DNA of 31,035 nucleotides from a virus: UHGV virus genome UHGV-0099061; one strand, 5' to 3'. Shown piece by piece: positions 1 to 7,009 of this stretch (position 1 is its first letter; each line of letters starts with the position of its first letter). The notes under the pieces were generated by a model. It saw only the letters and a program-made list of their open reading frames with translations, ran no database searches and was not told where the DNA came from. The position numbers and the translations under genes were made by a program.

Positions 1-103
1 GATACGTGATCTGATCCTTCAACTCAGCAAAAGTTCGATTTATTCAACAAAGCCAAACGCCCGGCTAACCTGGAAGAAGAAATGTTGATTGAGGTAATTA
101 AAA

Positions 104-355
104 ATGAAAATAAGGGTAAGTTATTTCCGGGCGAAAGATAAGGCAACAGGAAAGCAGATTGCGATCCTGGTTAACGAGGCGCAGTACATGTTTGTCCTTC
201 AGCCGTGGTGTGTTGTAGATCTTAACGACAACTGTCGCCGCCACGCTGCGCGAAGTGCTGTTGGTATGAAAGGCTGGCAACCGCGCGACATGGAAAAATA
301 TTGTGAATGGAAATTGGTGGCAAAATACACGGTCGATTATAAAGGGGTTTTCTGA
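104..355 (+). CDS. hypothetical small protein (83 aa)
   Basis: Intact ORF; GAGGTAA Shine-Dalgarno ~6 nt upstream of ATG; stop overlaps next start (TGATG); no recognisable motif. Confidence 0.5.
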   Translation: MKIRVSYFRAKDKATGKQIAILVNEAQYMFVLQPWCVVDLNDNCRRHAARSAVGMKGWQPRDMEKYCEWKLVAKYTVDYKGVF

Positions 356-579
356 TGTTTGTAAAATGTATAAAGTCTCGTTTCCCTAATCTTTTTGTGG
401 TTGATGAGATTTACGACATAGAAACGCTAATAAGCAGAACTAACGATATTCAGTACATTTATGATGAAGATGGCGATCCGTGGTTTTTTTATAACGATCT
501 CAATGGTAGCGGATTCGTTGATGGCGTTGGCGGTAATGGTGTGCCAGTTGCGCTATTTATAAATGCAAATAAGGAATGA
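355..579 (+). CDS. small protein, tandem paralog family member (74 aa)
   Basis: ORF coupled to upstream stop; motif F-x-[DEG]-x-IY ... DEDGDPWFFY shared with neighbouring ORFs. Confidence 0.55.
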   Translation: MFVKCIKSRFPNLFVVDEIYDIETLISRTNDIQYIYDEDGDPWFFYNDLNGSGFVDGVGGNGVPVALFINANKE

Positions 580-584
580 ATATC

Positions 585-791
585 ATGTATGTTAGATGCA
601 CTGAATCAAAATCATCATGCTTTGAGGTTGGCGGAATATATACCGTAGCTCACCTGACTGGTGATGAACTTAACACCCAATACATTAAAGACGACCACGG
701 AGACGCGTGGCGCTATTGGGATTGTTACGCACGGGGACACGTTACCAGTCATTTCGGTATGGAAGCGATCGTGCGTTTTGTTAAATGGTAA
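585..791 (+). CDS. small protein, tandem paralog family member (68 aa)
   Basis: AAGGA SD ~9 nt upstream of ATG 585 (in-frame ATG at 576 also possible); motif GGIY ... DDHGDAWRYW. Confidence 0.55.
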   Translation: MYVRCTESKSSCFEVGGIYTVAHLTGDELNTQYIKDDHGDAWRYWDCYARGHVTSHFGMEAIVRFVKW

Positions 792-800
792 GGGGTAAGC

Positions 801-1058
801 ATGAAGCATTTATATTTTGAGGTATTGCAGACGCGAGACCGCAATATTTTTGAAGAAGGGAAGATCTATTGCGGCGTTCAACTCCACGGCGCACCGGGCG
901 GTGATGGTGCAATGGCGATAACTGGCGATGATGATAAGGTTTATTTCGCTTATGTTAGCCATATCAATAACGCCGCTGGTCTGTATATTTATCGCATAGT
1001 GCATGATTTCCGTGAGATCGCGGAGTTTTGCGCCCGCGAAGGCAGTAAACCGGAATAA
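801..1058 (+). CDS. small protein, tandem paralog family member (85 aa)
   Basis: AAGGGGTAAG SD; motif EGKIY ... GDDDKVYFAY. Confidence 0.55.
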   Translation: MKHLYFEVLQTRDRNIFEEGKIYCGVQLHGAPGGDGAMAITGDDDKVYFAYVSHINNAAGLYIYRIVHDFREIAEFCAREGSKPE

Positions 1059-1068
1059 GTGAGGGGTT

Positions 1069-1308
1069 ATGAACCGGAACCATAGATACCAGTGCACATA
1101 CTCACTATGCAGCGCGTTTTTTAAGAATGGCAAGATCTACGAAGTCGGCGCGGCATTGGTTGATGCAAAGGATCAGGAATATATTCACGCCATTACTGAC
1201 GACCAGGGCCGGTTATGGCGCTTTTATAAAATGGGGTACGGTACGGCGCTTGTTTATGCGCGTAATAGTAGTGGTGCTTTTGCTGCATTTTCATATGTCG
1301 GGGCGTAA
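1069..1308 (+). CDS. small protein, tandem paralog family member (79 aa)
   Basis: GAGGGG SD; motif NGKIY ... DDQGRLWRFY. Confidence 0.55.
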   Translation: MNRNHRYQCTYSLCSAFFKNGKIYEVGAALVDAKDQEYIHAITDDQGRLWRFYKMGYGTALVYARNSSGAFAAFSYVGA

Positions 1309-1310
1309 AA

Positions 1311-1526
1311 ATGATTTTAACGTGTCACGGATCTGATCTTGATTGTTTCGAAGACGGTTGTCAGTACGAAGCGGAAAAGCCAGGCGGATTACCGAAAAAA
1401 CCGTTTTTAGTCGTTACAGACACTTACGGTCACTTATGGTATGCAGCGCCCAGCAAGGCGCGTGGCTGGTGGCTGATTCAGAATGAAGATCGCGAGGTTG
1501 TAGTGGCCCTCAGGCAGGACGAATAA
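1311..1526 (+). CDS. small protein, probable divergent paralog family member (71 aa)
   Basis: ORF abutting previous stop; motif CFEDG..Y ... TDTYGHLWYAA; weak SD. Confidence 0.45.
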   Translation: MILTCHGSDLDCFEDGCQYEAEKPGGLPKKPFLVVTDTYGHLWYAAPSKARGWWLIQNEDREVVVALRQDE

Positions 1527-1552
1527 AAAGCGTGATCTACCCCGCAAAGTTT

Positions 1553-1593
1553 ACAAAATGGCATTGTTTCAGCAGTGCCATTTTGTTATAAAG
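1553..1593. promoter_or_regulatory. palindromic promoter/operator-like element: ACAAAATGGCA-12 bp-TGCCATTTTGT followed by TATAAA
   Basis: Perfect 11-bp inverted repeat seen directly; TGtTATAAA extended -10-like hexamer ~35 nt upstream of ATG 1628; same CCATTTTGT core recurs elsewhere in window. Confidence 0.5.
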
Positions 1594-1627
1594 AAGCTGA
1601 AGAGAGAACGATGCGGAGGGTAGAAAA

Positions 1628-1906
1628 ATGAAACGCTGGATTAACAAAGAAGTCGAATCTCGCTTAAACGCATTTTGGGAGATGGTGGAGAAAGAAGACC
1701 CAGCACACGCTGCAAGCCCTTACCTGAACAACATCGAATATCACTACATTGCAGCAAACAACGCGGAGTTCGAAGAAGAAGGTGGAGCCGACAAGTTCGC
1801 ACAAAGCAACGCATTCAACAACGCAAACGAAATGATGATGGCAGTCATCGAACAGGCAGAGGAAGACTACGAATGCAAATCACTTGAATTCGCACGTATG
1901 GCATAA
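1628..1906 (+). CDS. hypothetical acidic protein (92 aa)
   Basis: ORF with GGAGGG SD; first gene downstream of the palindromic promoter-like element. Confidence 0.55.
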   Translation: MKRWINKEVESRLNAFWEMVEKEDPAHAASPYLNNIEYHYIAANNAEFEEEGGADKFAQSNAFNNANEMMMAVIEQAEEDYECKSLEFARMA

Positions 1907-1916
1907 GGGGGAAACC

Positions 1917-2057
1917 ATGAACGCTAACGCTAAATATCCGGCCTGGGTTTTCGAACTGTACGCAAGATACTTTGAATTACTGGCACAAGGTGAAGAAGCA
2001 TTAAGCATTGACGAGTACGCGGAGTGCTTAGGATTTAGAGGAGACGAAGAAGCATAA
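1917..2057 (+). CDS. hypothetical small protein (46 aa)
   Basis: Found by reading (below ORF-track size cutoff); AGGGGGA SD ~5 nt upstream of ATG. Confidence 0.4.
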   Translation: MNANAKYPAWVFELYARYFELLAQGEEALSIDEYAECLGFRGDEEA

Positions 2058-2100
2058 AACACGGGGCCGGATGGCCCCATCAAATCAGAAGGGTGTAATC

Positions 2101-2400
2101 ATGAAAATCGCTAAATTTATTGCTTGCTGTTTTGTTGAAGTTCCTAACGATGATGTTTTCTGTAATTATGAATTTAAAGACAGCTTAGGCAGATCTCACA
2201 TTGTTGTTGGCAAACGCGGCGACTGGTTATATATAACCGATGACGATATGATTTTTACCAGAAATCAACTTTTTCACATCCACTCAGTAAATAATTATGC
2301 GCCAGTTGCCGCTATATCCGTAATGGATATGCACGCTAAGAAATGGATTGAAAAGGACGATATTAACGAAGCGCGTAGCTTACCTGGTGCGGAGTTTTAA
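2101..2400 (+). CDS. hypothetical protein (99 aa)
   Basis: ORF; AAGGGTG SD upstream of ATG 2101; contains GDWLYITDDD segment loosely resembling paralog motif. Confidence 0.5.
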   Translation: MKIAKFIACCFVEVPNDDVFCNYEFKDSLGRSHIVVGKRGDWLYITDDDMIFTRNQLFHIHSVNNYAPVAAISVMDMHAKKWIEKDDINEARSLPGAEF

Positions 2401-2403
2401 TTT

Positions 2404-2658
2404 ATGGAAATAATCAAAATATGGCGCGGCAACAGTAAGGCTGACGGTGAGTTTTTCCGCGTCGTTCAATTCGTAAATTATGGTAGGTTTTACGAGCTAC
2501 CTTATGACAAAAGGAAAGATGATTTCTATTTAAGCGAGTCAATCCCGGTGCACAGAAAAATAAAGGCGCTTAGGGGGTTATTGCGAAGTGGTTTTTATTC
2601 TTGCCCTAACCCATCAAACAATCCTGAACTGGTAGCTATTTTTTACGAAGGAGAATAG
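2404..2658 (+). CDS. hypothetical protein (84 aa)
   Basis: ORF tightly packed after previous stop. Confidence 0.5.
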   Translation: MEIIKIWRGNSKADGEFFRVVQFVNYGRFYELPYDKRKDDFYLSESIPVHRKIKALRGLLRSGFYSCPNPSNNPELVAIFYEGE

Positions 2659-2661
2659 ACA

Positions 2662-2985
2662 ATGTCTAAATTTATCAGCGTTAAAGTTTTCCGTGGCACT
2701 TTACCGAACGAAGAAAGATTAGGACAATTTGCCGGGCAACCTAGTGCATGTTTCCGTGTAGCCACTGAAGACGATGCGCATGTTAAATGCTTCCACGTAT
2801 CGGAACCGCCTTTTAATGCAGACCATCTTGAAGACCCGGATAGAATTAAAATCCTAGTTTTTGCCTATCTGATGTTCCAGGGTATCGCTAATATGGAAGT
2901 GGAATTGCTTGGCGCTGAACTGGCGGCAGAATACAAAGTGACTGAAGGCGAAAACGGAGGGGTGGAAATTGAGCGCATCAAATAA
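2662..2985 (+). CDS. hypothetical protein (107 aa)
   Basis: ORF; GAAGGAGAA SD. Confidence 0.55.
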   Translation: MSKFISVKVFRGTLPNEERLGQFAGQPSACFRVATEDDAHVKCFHVSEPPFNADHLEDPDRIKILVFAYLMFQGIANMEVELLGAELAAEYKVTEGENGGVEIERIK

Positions 2986-3220
2986 ACCTTACAAGATCCG
3001 GTGTAAAGGCGAATACCCTGGGTTTACGATTGGTTGCGAATACCTGGGCCACATTGGGTACGGCCCTTTCGGTGAGTTAGGGATGAATACGATGGACGAC
3101 GACGGCGACAGCAGGACGCTTGATCTTGATTCTGATGATTTCGAATACATCCCTCCAGTTACTTACCGTGCCGTTGATGATTTCCTGGCTGAACATGAAG
3201 ACGAGGGCGATGATGATTGA
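2969..3220 (+). CDS. hypothetical acidic protein (83 aa, TTG start)
   Basis: ORF in track starts at TTG with GGAGGGG SD 3-4 nt upstream; Asp-rich C-terminus; start uncertain. Confidence 0.4.
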   Translation: MSASNKPYKIRCKGEYPGFTIGCEYLGHIGYGPFGELGMNTMDDDGDSRTLDLDSDDFEYIPPVTYRAVDDFLAEHEDEGDDD

Positions 3221-3407
3221 ATGCCTTATAGCTGTGATTGTTTTGCTTTATATCGCTGGCGCTATCCTGATGTCTTGTTTTATTAAGTTTAGCGGAGCTG
3301 AACCTGGCGGCCTTGAGATTCCTTTTTGGCCTGTGACTGTGTTTATCGCTTTCTTCGACGCTACAGCAGGGCAGATCAATCGAGCTATTAAGGAGCGCAA
3401 GAAATGA
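3210..3407 (+). CDS. small membrane protein (65 aa, two hydrophobic segments)
   Basis: In-frame ATG 3210/3213 after GAGGG; hydrophobic segments IAVIVLLYIAGAILM and PVTVFIAFF; longer track ORF from 3120 judged to be upstream extension. Confidence 0.45.
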   Translation: MMIECLIAVIVLLYIAGAILMSCFIKFSGAEPGGLEIPFWPVTVFIAFFDATAGQINRAIKERKK

Positions 3408-3583
3408 TTGAAGATGGGGTGTACGCAACAGTAGTAGACGGGCTGTTTTACCGCGTAGAAGGTGATGATATTCGCATCCGCGTTGGTGGTGGTGAGTGGG
3501 TAGCGCCAATCATTAAGACGACGCGAGAAACAATTAAAATATTTCTTGATGCTGGTGAACTGGTGAGGGTTAGCGACCTATGA
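3404..3583 (+). CDS. hypothetical small protein (59 aa)
   Basis: Found by reading; ATGA start/stop coupling with both neighbours; N-terminus MIEDGVYA resembles next ORF (MNEIEDGIYL). Confidence 0.4.
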   Translation: MIEDGVYATVVDGLFYRVEGDDIRIRVGGGEWVAPIIKTTRETIKIFLDAGELVRVSDL

Positions 3584-3756
3584 ACGAGATCGAAGATGGT
3601 ATCTATTTGCATAAGGTATTTAACATCGTCTATTTACTTAAAGGTAATAAGGTGATGATAAGACCTGATGACGATCCACATTGGGAATCAAGCGACATGG
3701 ATCGGCGGCATATGCAAATGTTGCTTGATAACGGCCTGATATATAGAAAGCCGTAA
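3580..3756 (+). CDS. hypothetical small protein (58 aa), paralog of 3404-3583
   Basis: Found by reading; ATG overlaps upstream stop; shared EDG[VI]Y N-terminal motif. Confidence 0.4.
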   Translation: MNEIEDGIYLHKVFNIVYLLKGNKVMIRPDDDPHWESSDMDRRHMQMLLDNGLIYRKP

Positions 3757-3819
3757 GCCGTATTTGTAGGGCGTAAACAAACAGATTAAAATATTTCCTA
3801 ACAATGCGAAATTGTAATT

Positions 3820-3845
3820 ACCCGGCCCCGCGCCGGGTTTTTGCT
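3820..3845 (+). terminator. rho-independent terminator ending the early small-gene block
   Basis: GC stem CCCGGC / GCCGGG with 5-nt loop followed by TTTTTGCTTTGTT. Confidence 0.6.
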
Positions 3846-3862
3846 TTGTTGGAGGAAAATCT

Positions 3863-4063
3863 ATGTTCGACAAAATACGGGAGGCATGTGCGTATGCAGT
3901 AGGGGTCGTAACGGCCTTTTTTGGTGCGATAACCATTAATGATGTTGCTGTATTTGTGGGTATCTTATCAACCATAGGCACATTTGCCGTCAACTATTAC
4001 TTCAAATCACAGGAGAACAAGCGAGCGCAAGAGGAACATGACGCGCGAATGGGGAATAAGTAA
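3863..4063 (+). CDS. holin (pinholin-like, class II, 66 aa)
   Basis: GGAGGAAAA SD; two hydrophobic segments and charged C-terminus; immediately upstream of SAR endolysin; C-terminal region resembles phage 21 S holin as recalled. Confidence 0.7.
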   Translation: MFDKIREACAYAVGVVTAFFGAITINDVAVFVGILSTIGTFAVNYYFKSQENKRAQEEHDARMGNK

Positions 4064-4064
4064 C

Positions 4065-4556
4065 ATGATTAGCCAATCGCTAAAGAATAAAATTATTGCT
4101 GCGGCGGCTGGTGGGGCTATCGCTATTGCGGCTGTGATGGTTAAACCATTGGAAGGCGTGGAATACGATCCGTATCGTGATGTTATCGGTGTATGGACTG
4201 TATGTTATGGTCATACCGGAAAAGACATCATGCTGGGAAAAACTTATACACCAGCAGAGTGTGAAGCGTTACTAAACAAAGATCTTCACAAAACCGCAAA
4301 AGCGATTGACCCATATATTAAAGTCGAAATATCAGATTTTACCCGCGCGGCGCTTTATTCATTCGCCTATAACGTAGGCGCTACCAACTTTAAGACATCA
4401 ACCTTATTAAAACTACTCAATGACGGTAAGAAATCAGAGGCGTGCGCACAGCTTAAACGCTGGATATATGCTGGCGGTAAGCAGTGGCAAGGGTTAATTA
4501 ATCGCCGTGATGTTGAGTATGCCGTTTGCGAATGGGGTGAAACATGGACAAGGTGA
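4065..4556 (+). CDS. SAR endolysin (T4-lysozyme-like muramidase, GH24)
   Basis: N-terminal Gly/Ala-rich weakly hydrophobic signal-anchor-release segment ([17 protein letters not shown]); catalytic E-x8-D-x5-T in [16 protein letters not shown]; strong resemblance to phage 21 R lysozyme as recalled. Confidence 0.85.
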   Translation: MISQSLKNKIIAAAAGGAIAIAAVMVKPLEGVEYDPYRDVIGVWTVCYGHTGKDIMLGKTYTPAECEALLNKDLHKTAKAIDPYIKVEISDFTRAALYSFAYNVGATNFKTSTLLKLLNDGKKSEACAQLKRWIYAGGKQWQGLINRRDVEYAVCEWGETWTR

Positions 4557-5014
4557 AGACGTTAATCATCGCCGCCATCGTTTGTGTTGTTGTTGGGCTT
4601 GTTGCCGCGCTTAGTCACTGCCAGTCAGTGATAAACACAATGCAAAGCGATCTAACGACCACGCAAGGCGCACTGAAAACAGCAAGTAACACTATTCAGC
4701 AGATGAAGGAGCGAAACGCCGAGCTATCAAAACTTGATAAGAGGTATCACGATGAAATTAAAGCTATCAGATCTGACATTGCCGATCTGCGTGCTGGCAT
4801 TGATAGCGGTTCTATCCGGTTGCACGTCAACGCCGAGCCAGTGCGATTGCTCGACAATACCGGAGCCGCCAGCCGCATTGATGGAGCCACCTGTAGACTC
4901 ACTTCCGACGCTGAATCGGCTTATCTATCCCTCAGAGAACAATTAAAAGAAAAAGACGCGAAGATCACCGGATTGCAGGACTACATCAAGACGCAGTGCA
5001 TACGCAAAGAATAA
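4544..5014 (+). CDS. Rz: i-spanin (Rz-like)
   Basis: N-terminal TM segment, coiled-coil-like periplasmic domain; start overlaps endolysin stop; contains embedded +1 frame lipoprotein ORF. Confidence 0.75.
   Translation: MDKVKTLIIAAIVCVVVGLVAALSHCQSVINTMQSDLTTTQGALKTASNTIQQMKERNAELSKLDKRYHDEIKAIRSDIADLRAGIDSGSIRLHVNAEPVRLLDNTGAASRIDGATCRLTSDAESAYLSLREQLKEKDAKITGLQDYIKTQCIRKE
4752..4946 (+). CDS. Rz1: o-spanin (Rz1-like outer-membrane lipoprotein, embedded in Rz)
   Basis: GAGGTA SD; signal peptide with lipobox LSGC; Pro-rich mature region; wholly embedded in Rz in another frame. Confidence 0.75.
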   Translation: MKLKLSDLTLPICVLALIAVLSGCTSTPSQCDCSTIPEPPAALMEPPVDSLPTLNRLIYPSENN

Positions 5015-5283
5015 CAGCGCGTGGACGTGTCGCCGTTTTCGCCAGCCAGCCATAACCGGGCCAATCCTTCCCGCGAGCGACGGCGGAAAAGTCAAAAACA
5101 CGTAATGCCGGATTATCCATCCCATTAACAGGTCGGGCGCTACCTGGGTAGAAGAAAGCGCCATTCACCAATTTTATAAAATTCTGGAAACGGTACTGAT
5201 GAAGCGCCGTTCTCAGTGTTTTATGTCATTCCTGCCGCTGTATAAACAGGAAGTAAAAGCAAACCAGACAGGAGATTATTCTG

Positions 5284-5856
5284 ATGGCTAAGGCTAAAGG
5301 CATTAAGTTGCCTCAATTCAAAGTCCCGCTCTTTGAGCATACAACCGTTTTCTTTTGCCCGACCCGCGAGATGTTCTATGAATTTTGCGAAAAGGCCGGA
5401 ATACCAATCGAACCTGATTTCGAACTAGCTGGCGGTCTGACGTTAACCTGTACTGGTGAGACCGGCGGTAATTTCTACGTGATCGCAGTATTCAACAATG
5501 AGACTGGAACGCTGGTCCATGAATGCGCTCACACTACATTCCACGTTTTAAGTGATGTAGGCGTCGTGGCGACCACTGATCCTACTCATCCTGCGAATGA
5601 GACTTACGCTTACATGGTTGGACGTATCTTTGACGCATTCTTCCCAATCCTGGCTGAATCAAACGAAGCACAGATCACAGCGATGCAGGCGGCTGAAGTC
5701 GTTGAGCAGGCGTTAGAAAAGGCAGAGCAGGCGACTGATGCAGCAGAACAGGCAGAGGAGCCGAAAGAAGAGAAAAAACCAGCTAAGAAAGGCAAACGTA
5801 AGCCGAAAGCAAAAGAGGCGCTTGTACCGCGCGTTATGAGCTTTAAGAGAGGGTAA
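5284..5856 (+). CDS. hypothetical protein with HExxH zincin-like motif and Lys-rich C-terminal tail (190 aa)
   Basis: HECAH motif with downstream Glu (..PANE..) at gluzincin-like spacing; C-terminus EEPKEEKKPAKKGKRKPKAK; AGGAGA SD. Confidence 0.6.
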   Translation: MAKAKGIKLPQFKVPLFEHTTVFFCPTREMFYEFCEKAGIPIEPDFELAGGLTLTCTGETGGNFYVIAVFNNETGTLVHECAHTTFHVLSDVGVVATTDPTHPANETYAYMVGRIFDAFFPILAESNEAQITAMQAAEVVEQALEKAEQATDAAEQAEEPKEEKKPAKKGKRKPKAKEALVPRVMSFKRG

Positions 5857-5858
5857 TT

Positions 5859-5927
5859 ATGTTTACTTTTCTGTTAGGCGTATTTGTTGGCATAGCTGCC
5901 GCTGTGATCTTGATATACGGACATTGA
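5859..5927 (+). CDS. mini-ORF 1 of 8, hydrophobic single-TM peptide (22 aa)
   Basis: Found by reading; GAGAGGG SD 5 nt upstream; MFTFLLGVFVGIAAAVILIYGH. Confidence 0.45.
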   Translation: MFTFLLGVFVGIAAAVILIYGH

Positions 5928-5931
5928 TATT

Positions 5932-6036
5932 ATGGATGCTTACATCATCGCCGGATTAATCGGCGTTTCTGTGTTTCTTGTGGGTTCTATTATAGTTGCG
6001 CTGATAAACGTATATATCAAGTATTTGGTGGGGTGA
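5932..6036 (+). CDS. mini-ORF 2 of 8, hydrophobic single-TM peptide (34 aa)
   Basis: Found by reading; starts 5 nt after previous stop; MDAYIIAGLIGVSVFLVGSIIVALINVYIKYLVG. Confidence 0.4.
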   Translation: MDAYIIAGLIGVSVFLVGSIIVALINVYIKYLVG

Positions 6037-6041
6037 AAAAT

Positions 6042-6116
6042 ATGATTGACCCGCTAATTATCCTTTCTGTCTGCGTCGCTGTATGGCTGGCGATCATGAT
6101 ATTCATTGAAAGCTGA
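6042..6116 (+). CDS. mini-ORF 3 of 8, hydrophobic single-TM peptide (24 aa)
   Basis: Found by reading; GGTGGGGTGA SD; MIDPLIILSVCVAVWLAIMIFIES. Confidence 0.45.
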   Translation: MIDPLIILSVCVAVWLAIMIFIES

Positions 6117-6127
6117 AGGTATCCACA

Positions 6128-6208
6128 ATGAACGCATACGAAATGCTATTGCTGGTGGCTGTAGTTGTAGTCATTGCCGTAGATGTTTATCGGGAGTTTA
6201 AAAAATGA
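6128..6208 (+). CDS. mini-ORF 4 of 8, hydrophobic single-TM peptide (26 aa)
   Basis: Found by reading; GAAGGT SD; MNAYEMLLLVAVVVVIAVDVYREFKK. Confidence 0.45.
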   Translation: MNAYEMLLLVAVVVVIAVDVYREFKK

Positions 6209-6273
6209 AATGGCTTGATTTCTTTTTCCTGATCGTTGCGATTGTTCTTACCATGACCGCGCTGACTCAATAG
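6205..6273 (+). CDS. mini-ORF 5 of 8, hydrophobic single-TM peptide (22 aa)
   Basis: Found by reading; ATGA overlap with previous stop; GGGAG SD; MKWLDFFFLIVAIVLTMTALTQ. Confidence 0.45.
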   Translation: MKWLDFFFLIVAIVLTMTALTQ

Positions 6274-6281
6274 GTGAGCGA

Positions 6282-6356
6282 ATGGATGTTATCGAAGCTG
6301 TATTATTCGTATGTATCGCCGCGTTAATTATTGTGGGGGTGATCATCAATGTCTGA
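6282..6356 (+). CDS. mini-ORF 6 of 8, hydrophobic single-TM peptide (24 aa)
   Basis: Found by reading; AGGTGAG SD; MDVIEAVLFVCIAALIIVGVIINV. Confidence 0.45.
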   Translation: MDVIEAVLFVCIAALIIVGVIINV

Positions 6357-6417
6357 TAGTGATTTCTTAATCATGGCTATATGCACGTTGTTAGTCGTTA
6401 TCGTTTTCTTCGCATAA
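6349..6417 (+). CDS. mini-ORF 7 of 8, hydrophobic single-TM peptide (22 aa)
   Basis: Found by reading; GGGGGTGA SD; overlaps previous ORF by 8 nt; MSDSDFLIMAICTLLVVIVFFA. Confidence 0.45.
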   Translation: MSDSDFLIMAICTLLVVIVFFA

Positions 6418-6426
6418 ATGTAAACA

Positions 6427-6510
6427 ATGAAAGAATTATTCGACTGGTTGGAAGTTTTAACATACTGCGCAAGTTTTGTAGCTTGCGTATATATCATCAA
6501 CAAGTATTAA
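6427..6510 (+). CDS. mini-ORF 8 of 8, hydrophobic single-TM peptide (27 aa)
   Basis: Found by reading; weak SD; MKELFDWLEVLTYCASFVACVYIINKY. Confidence 0.35.
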   Translation: MKELFDWLEVLTYCASFVACVYIINKY

Positions 6511-6521
6511 GAGGTGAGATT

Positions 6522-7007
6522 ATGGCCCGCACGAAAAAGGTAAATGCTGACGATAAAAAGCCAGCCGCTAAAAAGGTGGGCCGTCCGCATGGTTATACCG
6601 AAGAAAAGGCGTTAGAAATCTGTGAACTGGTGGCGGACGGTCAGAGCGTTAACAAAATTTCGAAGATGCCTGGTATGCCTACCCGTTCAACAATTCTTAA
6701 ATGGTTCAGAGACGTGCCGGAATTCTCGGACATGTACATGCGCGCGAAGGAAATCGGCTTCGAGGTATTAGCTGATGAGATCCTCGATATAGCTGATGAT
6801 GCTAAGAACGTTGATAAAGACCAACTACGCCGCCACCAACTAATGATTGAAACGCGCAAATGGTTACTGGCAAAACTGCAACCGCGTAAATACGGCGAAC
6901 GTGTCACACAGGAGATTGTTGGCAATAAGGAAGAAGCGCCCGTCCAGGTTGAAGTCACGAAAGAAGAGATCGCCAGCATCGTCCAGGAAGTAGAAGACGA
7001 GGTGTGA
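6522..7007 (+). CDS. terS: terminase small subunit
   Basis: AAGAGGTGAG SD before ATG 6522 (track ORF from 6381 is an upstream extension); basic N-terminus with HTH-like segment; lies immediately upstream of large terminase. Confidence 0.75.
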   Translation: MARTKKVNADDKKPAAKKVGRPHGYTEEKALEICELVADGQSVNKISKMPGMPTRSTILKWFRDVPEFSDMYMRAKEIGFEVLADEILDIADDAKNVDKDQLRRHQLMIETRKWLLAKLQPRKYGERVTQEIVGNKEEAPVQVEVTKEEIASIVQEVEDEV

Positions 7008-7009
7008 TT

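Noticed and set aside
2058-2085. GC hairpin GGGGCC-GGAT-GGCCCC after the 46-aa ORF as a terminator
   Set aside because: A stem is present but no T-run follows (ATCAAATCAG), so rho-independent termination is not supported; it may be only an RNA structure.
3120-3209. Upstream extension of the small membrane protein ORF from 3120
   Set aside because: It overlaps the preceding acidic gene over 90 nt; the internal ATG 3210/3213 after GAGGG is a better start.
4943-5171. Two minus-strand ORFs (73 and 61 aa) in the region after Rz
   Set aside because: No SD, overlap with the Rz 3' end, Arg/Leu-rich composition typical of spurious GC-rich reading frames.
6381-6521. N-terminal extension of the small terminase ORF from 6381
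   Set aside because: The extension overlaps mini-ORFs 7 and 8 and has no SD; ATG 6522 has a strong AAGAGGTGAG site and gives a typical basic N-terminus.
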